From: Candidatus Iainarchaeum sp.
GTDB lineage: Archaea > Iainarchaeota > Iainarchaeia > Iainarchaeales > JAZDEL01
DNA: 32,000 nt
Reading direction: 5' to 3'
NCBI GenBank assembly: GCA_043808785.1
Contig: JAZDEL010000004.1
Span: 60,001 to 92,000 of the forward strand
Below are positions 1-6,677 of this stretch, piece after piece; position 1 is the first letter of the stretch, and each line of letters starts with the position of its first letter. The notes under the pieces were generated by a model. It was not told where the DNA came from, searched no databases, and saw nothing but the letters and a program-made list of their open reading frames with translations. Position numbers and translations under genes: made by a program.

Positions 1-61
1 AATTTTTGAGCAGCGCGGAAACAATTATGTTCGCGTCTACGACAAGCCTCGGAAGCGCCAA
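1..61 (-). CDS. PIN-domain toxin (VapC-like), 5' end only; the gene continues beyond the window start
   Basis: Not in the ORF track because it runs off the window. Reading the minus strand from TTG at 61..59 gives (M)ALPRLVVDANIIVSALLKN, the typical PIN N-terminus (hydrophobic strand, catalytic Asp, N..isall). A GGAGGTG Shine-Dalgarno sits at 73..67, 5 nt upstream. The start lies 16 nt after the stop of the RHH gene (80..78). Confidence 0.5.
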   Translation of the reverse strand, partial: MALPRLVVDANIIVSALLKN

Positions 62-77
62 GAAAACACCTCCCGCG

Positions 78-320
78 TCACGAGCCCATGCCGTGCCTTC
101 TCGCAATTCCCGCGTTTATTTTCCTGCCGAATTCGAGGGCGTCTTTCTCGGTCAGCTCGCTGTTCCTCGTGAGTTCGTCGAGTTTCTTCAGAACCCTGAG
201 GCGCTTTACCCTGCCCTCAAGGAACTGCCGCGTTTCCTCGCTCCAGTTCACGCCCTTGACCTCGTTGAGTTCCCTTTTGAGTTTCTCTGGGATTGAAACA
301 GTGAGGGTTGCATTAGCCAT
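78..320 (-). CDS. Ribbon-helix-helix (CopG/VapB-like) antitoxin or autoregulator
   Basis: 80-aa ORF. The N-terminus TLTVSIPEKLKRELNEVKGVNWSEETRQFLEGRV has the strand-helix-helix pattern of archaeal RHH antitoxins. GGAGG (reverse complement of 328..332) lies 7 nt upstream of the ATG. A PIN-like start follows immediately downstream. Confidence 0.65.
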   Translation of the reverse strand: MANATLTVSIPEKLKRELNEVKGVNWSEETRQFLEGRVKRLRVLKKLDELTRNSELTEKDALEFGRKINAGIARRHGMGS

Positions 321-342
321 AAGGTTGCCTCCTTGGTGTTTG

Positions 343-365
343 CACTAATATTAGTGTGATTAGTG
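343..365. promoter_or_regulatory. Candidate operator/promoter of the RHH-PIN operon
   Basis: Perfect 14-bp palindrome CACTAATATTAGTG (343..356) plus a third ATTAGTG half-site (359..365). It lies 23-45 nt upstream of the RHH start codon, and its AT-rich core could double as a TATA box. Confidence 0.35.
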
Positions 366-631
366 TTTTTAATGGTTTCGCTGACGGGGGCGGGATTAAC
401 ACCGATTCTGCAAAAAAGGCGCGGTTTTTGATGGTTTGGTGTTAATCGGTTTTCGTGGAAAATCGACTGGAATGGGAATTCACGCATGCATAACATCAAA
501 AACCCGTGCGCGCATGAATTTCTCGGCATGGGTTTCCCGCAAGGATGGCTGGCGATAATATGGCGGAAAGCGCGAGGACGCTTGCGCAACCGGGGCAGAC
601 GAAACTGGACAGGAGCAGAATAAAGTAATGG

Positions 632-1225
632 CTACCATGGGTCGTTTAATTCCCGGATGCCCACTATGCTGCCGTAATCTTTTACATAATATTTAATTTT
701 TCTTTCGGTTAAGCCGAACTCGTAAAGCTCTTTCAGGAGTTTTACATCATTATGGCAGTAATCTTTTACTCTTTGCATTTCTCCAGCAGCCCACATCTTA
801 GGCACTAATTTGCCATCCTCAGTTTTCGCCAAACCAAGGTTCAGTTTCGCGAGGTCATTGAGGCTTGCATACTGGCGGGTTCTCCGTTTTATGGTCTGAA
901 AAAAATCTAACGTTTTTTTACCAATCTTTTGCAGAACATTCAACGCATCATGCGGCTGCAAAACCAGATAATCAAAATCAACTATATTGTGCCCGACCAC
1001 CATATCGAAACTGCCTAATTTTTCAAGCAGGGCCTTTTCTTCGGCTTCTTCATACTCATACTTCTCGCCGCTATCCGACAGCACGCAAGCGCAAGCCATG
1101 CCAAGTTTCGGGGTCAGTTTGCAACGAAGCAGTTCTTTCTGCGACCAGGAATAAGTCTGGTAATGAGGATCGACATCCTCAAACAGGCGTTTTGTTTCTA
1201 TATCAAAAAAACCAATGTGACCCAT
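632..1225 (-). CDS. DEDDy-type 3'-5' exonuclease, PolB-exonuclease-like (RNase H fold)
   Basis: 197 aa. Exo I is FFDIET, Exo II is GHNIVDFDYLVL and Exo III is YCHNDVKLLKELY (YxxxD). Its ATG directly abuts the stop of the upstream gene (TAGATG on the minus strand, 1228..1223), implying an operon. Confidence 0.7.
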   Translation of the reverse strand: MGHIGFFDIETKRLFEDVDPHYQTYSWSQKELLRCKLTPKLGMACACVLSDSGEKYEYEEAEEKALLEKLGSFDMVVGHNIVDFDYLVLQPHDALNVLQKIGKKTLDFFQTIKRRTRQYASLNDLAKLNLGLAKTEDGKLVPKMWAAGEMQRVKDYCHNDVKLLKELYEFGLTERKIKYYVKDYGSIVGIRELNDPW

Positions 1226-2182
1226 CTAACCATACCCCATAAATTCCGATGTTGCGCCCGGGAAACATTTTTTCTTAAAGTTGCAATAAGTGCAGTCGCT
1301 TTCATTATCTGTTTTCGGAAACTTGCCTTCGGATGCGCTATTTTTAGTGCCCTCGTCAAGCATGGACTTCATCTGCGCAATGCTTTCCCGCATGTAGTTT
1401 TTTACCTGGGCAGCATCCGAATTTGAAAAAGTTTTCTCCTCAAAAAAGCCATCCTTAAGATATACTTTTTTCAGTTCAATTTGGGCAGGCGACAAATTTT
1501 CATTTTTTGAAAAGAACGGCAGGAAAATGTTGTTCTTCAAAACGGAATCCTCTTCGGCAGATTCGCCCCTTGCTGATGTCGTCCAGTCGTATAAAGTCAA
1601 ATTTCCGCCGCTTAACACCCCGAACCTGAACATGGCAAAAACACGGGTGTCCTCAAAATAGAAGACGGGGAACCCCTTCGCATCGTAGTCCTTCGGAAAA
1701 CGCCAGGTCTTAGGGTCTGAAGCCTTAATTTCCCTCAGAAGTTCCGAGTTAAGGAAGGCGGCGAGGCAGCTTTTGGCAAGTTCCAATTTTTCCTTAACAA
1801 AATCGTCATCCACAATCCGCGAATACTCGTGGTCCTGCAAGATAAGGCCTTTGGACCGATCCTTTTTCAAGGCACGGTTTTTTGACCCCTCAAGCCCCTC
1901 CCTAAATTGCCGCTCCAGCCCCGACAACAGCACGCCCCCTTCAACCTCGCGCCCCTTCTTTAATTCAACAAGAAAATAAGCAATCGAATTAGAAACGAGT
2001 TCCCCAACCCATAAGGGCACTGTTTTCAGCCCTTTAAGCCTGTATATCTCCCGCGCATCTTCAGGGCTGTCCCAGAAGCAGCCGCCCCAACCCCCATAAT
2101 ACTTATAATAGTACATTCTTTTGCATGTTTGGAAAGAATAATCGCGTGTAAAAGACCAAAAAAACTCATTTGGATAAGCCAA
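1226..2182 (-). CDS. Cas4/AddB-like PD-(D/E)XK-fold protein with a 4-Cys (Fe-S) signature
   Basis: 318 aa with a TTG start. It has an N-terminal Cys in FQTCKRMYYYKYY, a QhxxY motif (AQVKNYM) and a C-terminal CTYCNFKKKC (C-x2-C-x5-C), matching the Cas4/AddB cluster layout. LTLYDWTTS sits where hhDYKTG is expected. Confidence 0.55.
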   Translation of the reverse strand: MAYPNEFFWSFTRDYSFQTCKRMYYYKYYGGWGGCFWDSPEDAREIYRLKGLKTVPLWVGELVSNSIAYFLVELKKGREVEGGVLLSGLERQFREGLEGSKNRALKKDRSKGLILQDHEYSRIVDDDFVKEKLELAKSCLAAFLNSELLREIKASDPKTWRFPKDYDAKGFPVFYFEDTRVFAMFRFGVLSGGNLTLYDWTTSARGESAEEDSVLKNNIFLPFFSKNENLSPAQIELKKVYLKDGFFEEKTFSNSDAAQVKNYMRESIAQMKSMLDEGTKNSASEGKFPKTDNESDCTYCNFKKKCFPGATSEFMGYG

Positions 2183-2189
2183 GGGACCA

Positions 2190-2247
2190 CCAGTTATATT
2201 TGTAATGAGTAGATATATTTATATAGTGGTGTGCCACATATTTAAAT
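2190..2247. promoter_or_regulatory. AT-rich divergent promoter region
   Basis: This 66-bp gap between divergent genes contains TATA-like ATATATTTATATAG (2213..2226) and CATATTTAAATC (2236..2247). The first is about 25-30 nt upstream of the ATG at 2249, which is compatible with a leaderless transcript. Confidence 0.35.
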
Positions 2248-2248
2248 C

Positions 2249-3307
2249 ATGGCAAAAAAAACAAAAGACGAGATAATAAAGGAAGTCTTGCAGGCCTTGG
2301 ACAAAAAGAAGAACACCATTAATGAAATAGCAACCGACATAGGCTCGAACTGGGCTACTGTAAGGAACACTCTTGCGTTTTTGGAAAAATATGGCCTAGT
2401 TGCGCACAACATCGAAAAAAACGCCAATGTTTATTTCAGGGTAACGAAAAATACCGAGGACAGAAATTACAACACTTATTTTAATTTGCCGATAACGGAA
2501 AAACAAAAACAAATGGCATATTCGCTGTTCGGAACGGTGCAGGAGGAATACAGGAAGGCTAAGGGAACAAATCCCGGCAGAATAATCGCGCAAAAAACAA
2601 TTGAGGATGTGCAAGAGAAATATAACTTGGACATTCCGAGCGGCTGGTATTTGTTCGGGCGCACCACATTAGTCCAATATGACCCGTTAGTGCAATATCC
2701 CGTAAGTGACGGATTAATAACTGGCGAGATGCGGGAATGCATCATCGCCACGGCCAAAGAATATATGGAACGAAGAAGCGTTGAAGCCATGATGTTCCAT
2801 CAGTACAAAAAATACAACAACAAACTCTATCTGACCAGGCTTAATTTATCAAAAATTTCATCCGATAAGGTCGACCTTCAGGACAGGGAAACAAAACAGG
2901 CGATTCAGGAATACCTGTCAAATTTTTTGCTATATCTCCCGAAAGGCAAAAACTCGGAAGAAGTGCAGGAAGTTGTGAGCAAATATGTGCTCACTATGAA
3001 TAAGCTTCTCTTGGGCAATGAAAACCTGAATTCCATAAAAGCATACCTGAATGATGCATTTAGCGCGACTTGGAGATATGTTGCAACTTTCAATCTCTAC
3101 AACGATTTGCAAAAATTTTACAGCCCCTTTGAACTGCTTAATGTTATGGAAAAATTAAATGCGGCAGGGCAGGATGCAATAGAACAGATAGAATTTATCT
3201 CGGAATATTATGCGCCGCCAAAAGAACCGCCGGCATTGAAACTCAACGCCCCTGAGGAGAAATCAATCAGGGACATTTTTATCGAGATGAGCAGGGAGCC
3301 CCTATGA
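2249..3307 (+). CDS. Winged-helix DNA-binding protein with a long uncharacterised C-terminal domain
   Basis: 352 aa. Residues ~8-65 (IIKEVLQALDKKKNTINEIATDIGSNWATVRNTLAFLEKYGLVAHNIEKNANVYFRV) fit a MarR/TrmB-type wHTH. I recognise no motif in the remaining ~280 aa. Confidence 0.55.
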   Translation: MAKKTKDEIIKEVLQALDKKKNTINEIATDIGSNWATVRNTLAFLEKYGLVAHNIEKNANVYFRVTKNTEDRNYNTYFNLPITEKQKQMAYSLFGTVQEEYRKAKGTNPGRIIAQKTIEDVQEKYNLDIPSGWYLFGRTTLVQYDPLVQYPVSDGLITGEMRECIIATAKEYMERRSVEAMMFHQYKKYNNKLYLTRLNLSKISSDKVDLQDRETKQAIQEYLSNFLLYLPKGKNSEEVQEVVSKYVLTMNKLLLGNENLNSIKAYLNDAFSATWRYVATFNLYNDLQKFYSPFELLNVMEKLNAAGQDAIEQIEFISEYYAPPKEPPALKLNAPEEKSIRDIFIEMSREPL

Positions 3308-3331
3308 CAAAAACCGGGCAGATGATACTCA

Positions 3332-3979
3332 ATGACGGGAAGATACTTTTTGGATATGGGAGTTATAGTCGGTTACATGGTTTACAGTGAGGGGCAGGAA
3401 CCGCAGGTGGATATTTTTTCAACCGAATGCACAAAATTTTTGAAAAAAAATACGGGTGCCACCATGGTCAGTTGTTTTTCCATCACCGCCCACGAGATGC
3501 CAAAATTCATAAAAAGATGGAAAACAATGTCGGCGGAAATAAGGAAAAAATTAGGCAACGCGGACTATGAAATAAAAAAAGTAGGCAACCTTTATGACAG
3601 GGATGTCGGAAGGGCCAATAAAATTTATTCGTTAAGGGGGCGGCTTGGCGAGGAAGAGTTAAACAAGGTGTTGTTGAATTTGGAAACAATCGCCGAAATG
3701 CGGTTTGAATACTTGAGGGATAACATGTTAACCGAAATTGTCATTCCCCTTGATGAAATAGATGAGGATTTGCGGAGCCATTTCCAGGCGAAAACGGGCA
3801 ATTACTCGGACTCGCGGGTAATAGCCAGCGCAATTCAATATGCGACCAAATATAGAGACACAATTCTTGTCACAACGGACAATAAGGATTACGACGGTTT
3901 GCCCCAATGTTTGAGAGAGCGCCAAAAATTTGACAATTATTGGGCCCCGAAAGTATTCGTCATAAAAGCCGCAAATTAG
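3332..3979 (+). CDS. PIN-like nuclease-domain protein (tentative)
   Basis: 215 aa. YFLDMGVIVGY (strand + Asp), ITAHEMPKF (Glu), YSDSRVIASAIQYA (Asp) and ILVTTDNKDYDG (Asp) occur in the order of the four PIN acidic residues, with a long helical insertion. It starts 24 nt after the wHTH gene stop. Confidence 0.4.
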   Translation: MTGRYFLDMGVIVGYMVYSEGQEPQVDIFSTECTKFLKKNTGATMVSCFSITAHEMPKFIKRWKTMSAEIRKKLGNADYEIKKVGNLYDRDVGRANKIYSLRGRLGEEELNKVLLNLETIAEMRFEYLRDNMLTEIVIPLDEIDEDLRSHFQAKTGNYSDSRVIASAIQYATKYRDTILVTTDNKDYDGLPQCLRERQKFDNYWAPKVFVIKAAN

Positions 3980-3988
3980 GGGGGCTAA

Positions 3989-4249
3989 TTAGAGCCGAAT
4001 GCTTTTGAGCAATACCACCGATTTCACCAGGGTTTCCCTGCCTTTTTTTGTTTTGCGGACGAGTTTCTCTTTTTCCAGCATCCGCACATAGTCTGCGCAC
4101 TTTGTGTAGGCGAGGTTGGTTTCTTTTCTTAATTCGGTTACGCTCCTGGCTCCGCTTTGGGTCAACTCGAGAATACGGAAGCGGTTTTTGTTTGCCAGCA
4201 CCCGAATTTTCCGGTACAATTCCTCATTCTCTAGCGAAACCCCGAACAT
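3989..4249 (-). CDS. ArsR/SmtB-family wHTH transcriptional regulator
   Basis: 86 aa. NKNRFRILELTQSGARSVTELRKETNLAYTKCADYVRMLEKEKLVRKTKKGRE matches the ArsR HTH plus wing pattern. It is divergent from the mod gene. Confidence 0.7.
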   Translation of the reverse strand: MFGVSLENEELYRKIRVLANKNRFRILELTQSGARSVTELRKETNLAYTKCADYVRMLEKEKLVRKTKKGRETLVKSVVLLKSIRL

Positions 4250-4285
4250 ACACTGAATTCGGGGTAAGATTTATAACATCATTGA

Positions 4286-4301
4286 ACACCAAATTTGGTG
4301 T
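4286..4301. promoter_or_regulatory. Candidate operator between the ArsR-like gene and mod
   Basis: Perfect 16-bp palindrome ACACCAAATTTGGTGT in the 62-bp divergent gap. It lies just downstream of the TATA-like GATTTATAAC (4268..4277) and 10 nt before the mod GTG start. Confidence 0.4.
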
Positions 4302-4311
4302 AGTGTTTTAG

Positions 4312-6201
4312 GTGGTAAAAATAGCCGCTTCGCTTATAGAAGAGCTTCCGAAAATCGTTTCACAGGGAAAAAAGGAAGCGCAAAAAATCCTTGACGGACT
4401 TTCAAAGCAGAATCGGATAACGCTGCAGACCAACGAGCTTGTTCTCCCGACAAAGGCAAAAAGCGGGCTTGCGGAACACTTCGGCCAGAGCGTCAAAGAA
4501 GTCGGCAAAAAAGAATGGTTCAACAGGATGATTTACGGCGACAACCTGCTCGCAATGCAGGCTTTGCTTGCGGGCGACCCGCAGACAGGCATGCCATCGA
4601 TGCGCGGAAAAATAGATTTGATTTACATAGACCCGCCGTTTGACAGCAAGGCGGATTACAGGACGAAAATACACCTGCCGAATGCCGACATTGAACAGAA
4701 GCCGACGGTAATAGAGCAATTCGCTTATTCGGACACATGGAAGAACGGCACAAAGTCGTATTTGGAGATGATGATTCCGAGGCTTGTTTTGATGCGGGAA
4801 TTGCTGAGCGAGAAGGGCTCTATTTACGTTCACATAGACTGGCATGTGGGGCATTATGTGAAAGTGATAATGGATGAGATTTTCGGGAAAGAAAATTTAG
4901 TAAATGAAATAATATGGTGTTACACTGGCCCCGGTTCTCCCGAAATGAGACAGTTCAATCGAAAACACGATATTATTTTCTGGTATTCGAAAAATAGTAA
5001 ATGGATTTTTAACAAAGAAGATATACGAGCACCTTACAAAGACCCAAACCAATCGTTTAGGAAAGCCTTTGATTCTGGAGATGGGTGGACTGATGAAGAT
5101 TTAAAGAAATTAAGAGAAAGAGGAAAAGTTTTAGAAGATTGGTGGTCGGATATCGCTATTGCCGCTCGGTCAAATCAGAATTTACACTTTCAAACTCAAA
5201 AACCAATCAAATTGATAGAGAGAATTATCAAGGCGTCTTCAAATGAAAATTCAATAGTTGCAGACTTCTTTGCAGGCTCGGGAACAACTGGAGCAGTTGC
5301 AGAAAAGTTAGGAAGAAAGTGGATAATGTCTGATTTGGGAAAGCCCGCTTGCATGATTGCCCGAAAGCGTTTGATTGACCAAAATGCAAAATCGTTTTTG
5401 TGTCAATCAATTGGTGATTACCAAAAGGAGCAGTTTGAGCAGTCGCAGTTCAGAAGCATCGGCGACCTGGCGCATGTTGTGATTAATCTGTATGGCGCAC
5501 TGCCGTTCCCCGCAAACGAAAGCACTCCCTCAAATCTCGGCTACATTAAGCAGTCAAAGACTTTGGTGTTTGTCGATTCCCCCTCAAAAATGACCGGCTA
5601 TAACACTCTCAAGAAGGCACAGGAATTGAGGGCTTCCTTTATGGGCGGCTGGAGCAAGGTTATCGTTTTGGGCTGGAACTTTGTCACGGACATCGGAAGG
5701 ACAATCGAAACATTGAACGACAACAATCTGGAAGTTTTGGTTATTCCGCCAGACCTGCTTGACAGGCTGAAAACCAAAGCAAGCTACGAGCAACTGATAA
5801 AGTCGGGGAAAGTGCGGTTTTCTTCCCTGCAATATTTGACAATAAAGCCGATAGAAAAAAAAGAATACAACAAGGAAACTGAGCAGCTGACTGTTTCCCT
5901 GGACAACTACGTTTTGCTATCGCCCGATGCCTTGCCTTTGGATAAAGAAGATAAGGAAAAATTGGAAAAAATTATTGAAAAGGACCCATTAAGTTTGATT
6001 GAGTATTGGAGCATCGACCCCGATTATGACGGGGAAGTTTTCAGAAGCAGGTGGCAGGAATACAGGGAGAATAACGACAATTTGAAGATTAAAAGAACCG
6101 CAAAACTGCTTATCCCGAAATCGGGGGAAAAGAAAACGATTTGTGTAAAAGCTGTCGATGTTTTTGGATTTGAAAGTGCGGCAGTGAGAGAAGTGAGATA
6201 A
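4312..6201 (+). CDS. mod: Type III restriction-modification DNA methyltransferase (Mod), beta-class N6A/N4C MTase
   Basis: 629 aa with a GTG start. Motif IV (IYIDPPFDS) precedes motif I ([12 protein letters not shown]), the beta-class order. Its size and its position upstream of a Res-type helicase-nuclease are typical of type III Mod. Confidence 0.85.
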   Translation: MVKIAASLIEELPKIVSQGKKEAQKILDGLSKQNRITLQTNELVLPTKAKSGLAEHFGQSVKEVGKKEWFNRMIYGDNLLAMQALLAGDPQTGMPSMRGKIDLIYIDPPFDSKADYRTKIHLPNADIEQKPTVIEQFAYSDTWKNGTKSYLEMMIPRLVLMRELLSEKGSIYVHIDWHVGHYVKVIMDEIFGKENLVNEIIWCYTGPGSPEMRQFNRKHDIIFWYSKNSKWIFNKEDIRAPYKDPNQSFRKAFDSGDGWTDEDLKKLRERGKVLEDWWSDIAIAARSNQNLHFQTQKPIKLIERIIKASSNENSIVADFFAGSGTTGAVAEKLGRKWIMSDLGKPACMIARKRLIDQNAKSFLCQSIGDYQKEQFEQSQFRSIGDLAHVVINLYGALPFPANESTPSNLGYIKQSKTLVFVDSPSKMTGYNTLKKAQELRASFMGGWSKVIVLGWNFVTDIGRTIETLNDNNLEVLVIPPDLLDRLKTKASYEQLIKSGKVRFSSLQYLTIKPIEKKEYNKETEQLTVSLDNYVLLSPDALPLDKEDKEKLEKIIEKDPLSLIEYWSIDPDYDGEVFRSRWQEYRENNDNLKIKRTAKLLIPKSGEKKTICVKAVDVFGFESAAVREVR

Positions 6202-6677
6202 TGTCCGATTTGGCTTTTGCTATATTGAGCGCTGTTTTGACTATTTTTGGCGCGCTAATAATTTTTTTGCTCAAAGATGCAGTTGAAAATTTGTTTATTT
6301 TCCCAAAAAGGAACTTTAAGAAAAGCCTGGCAAAAACCAAGGCGAGCCTTCTTTTCTATAAAAACATATTAACAAACGAGTTCAAAAGAAGCGAAATAAA
6401 TGATGCCTTCTTTGAAAAGATTTTACAGTGTCAGAAGGAACTAAGGGAAAATTGGGCTGAAATATCGGTCACATATCCGTTGGTGCAGAAAATTCCAGTT
6501 ATTTCAAGGGAGCCATCTGACGACCAGATTAAAAAAATCCAGGAGAACTTGCTGTCACTATCCAACAGCACCTTGGTTTACCTTGAAGAAACCACCTCAA
6601 ACAGCAAATTGGATGGTTGCGAATCTCGCCGGAAAAAAGTCGATGAAATTCTATCAATAATCAACAGGTGTCTTTAA
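6201..6677 (+). CDS. Small N-terminally membrane-anchored protein of unknown function, embedded in the R-M operon
   Basis: 158 aa. It has a hydrophobic helix LAFAILSAVLTIFGALIIFLL followed by a K/E-rich helical region. Its ATG overlaps the mod stop (TAATG 6199..6203) and its stop overlaps the res ATG (TAATG 6675..6679). Confidence 0.5.
   Translation: MSDLAFAILSAVLTIFGALIIFLLKDAVENLFIFPKRNFKKSLAKTKASLLFYKNILTNEFKRSEINDAFFEKILQCQKELRENWAEISVTYPLVQKIPVISREPSDDQIKKIQENLLSLSNSTLVYLEETTSNSKLDGCESRRKKVDEILSIINRCL

Noticed and set aside
6-348. Plus-strand ORFs 6..296 and 88..348 opposite the RHH gene.
   Set aside because: The minus-strand product has a clear RHH pattern, an RBS and a downstream PIN partner. 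The plus-strand products are S/F/L/P-rich with no signals.
410-422. The 13-mer GCAAAAAAGGCGC occurs in two intergenic regions (410..422 and 30128..30140).
   Set aside because: A single exact 13-nt match within 32 kb is expected by chance, and no extended similarity flanks it.
248-589. 113-aa minus-strand ORF spanning the RHH promoter region.
   Set aside because: It overlaps the RHH coding region and its operator, has an R/P/H/C-rich composition, and has no RBS or TATA context.
614-620. AGCAGAA occurs at both edges of the AT-rich block (614..620 and 9574..9580), which could be att-like direct repeats.
   Set aside because: Only 7 nt are shared and the sequences diverge immediately afterwards, so this is far too short to support an integration-site claim.
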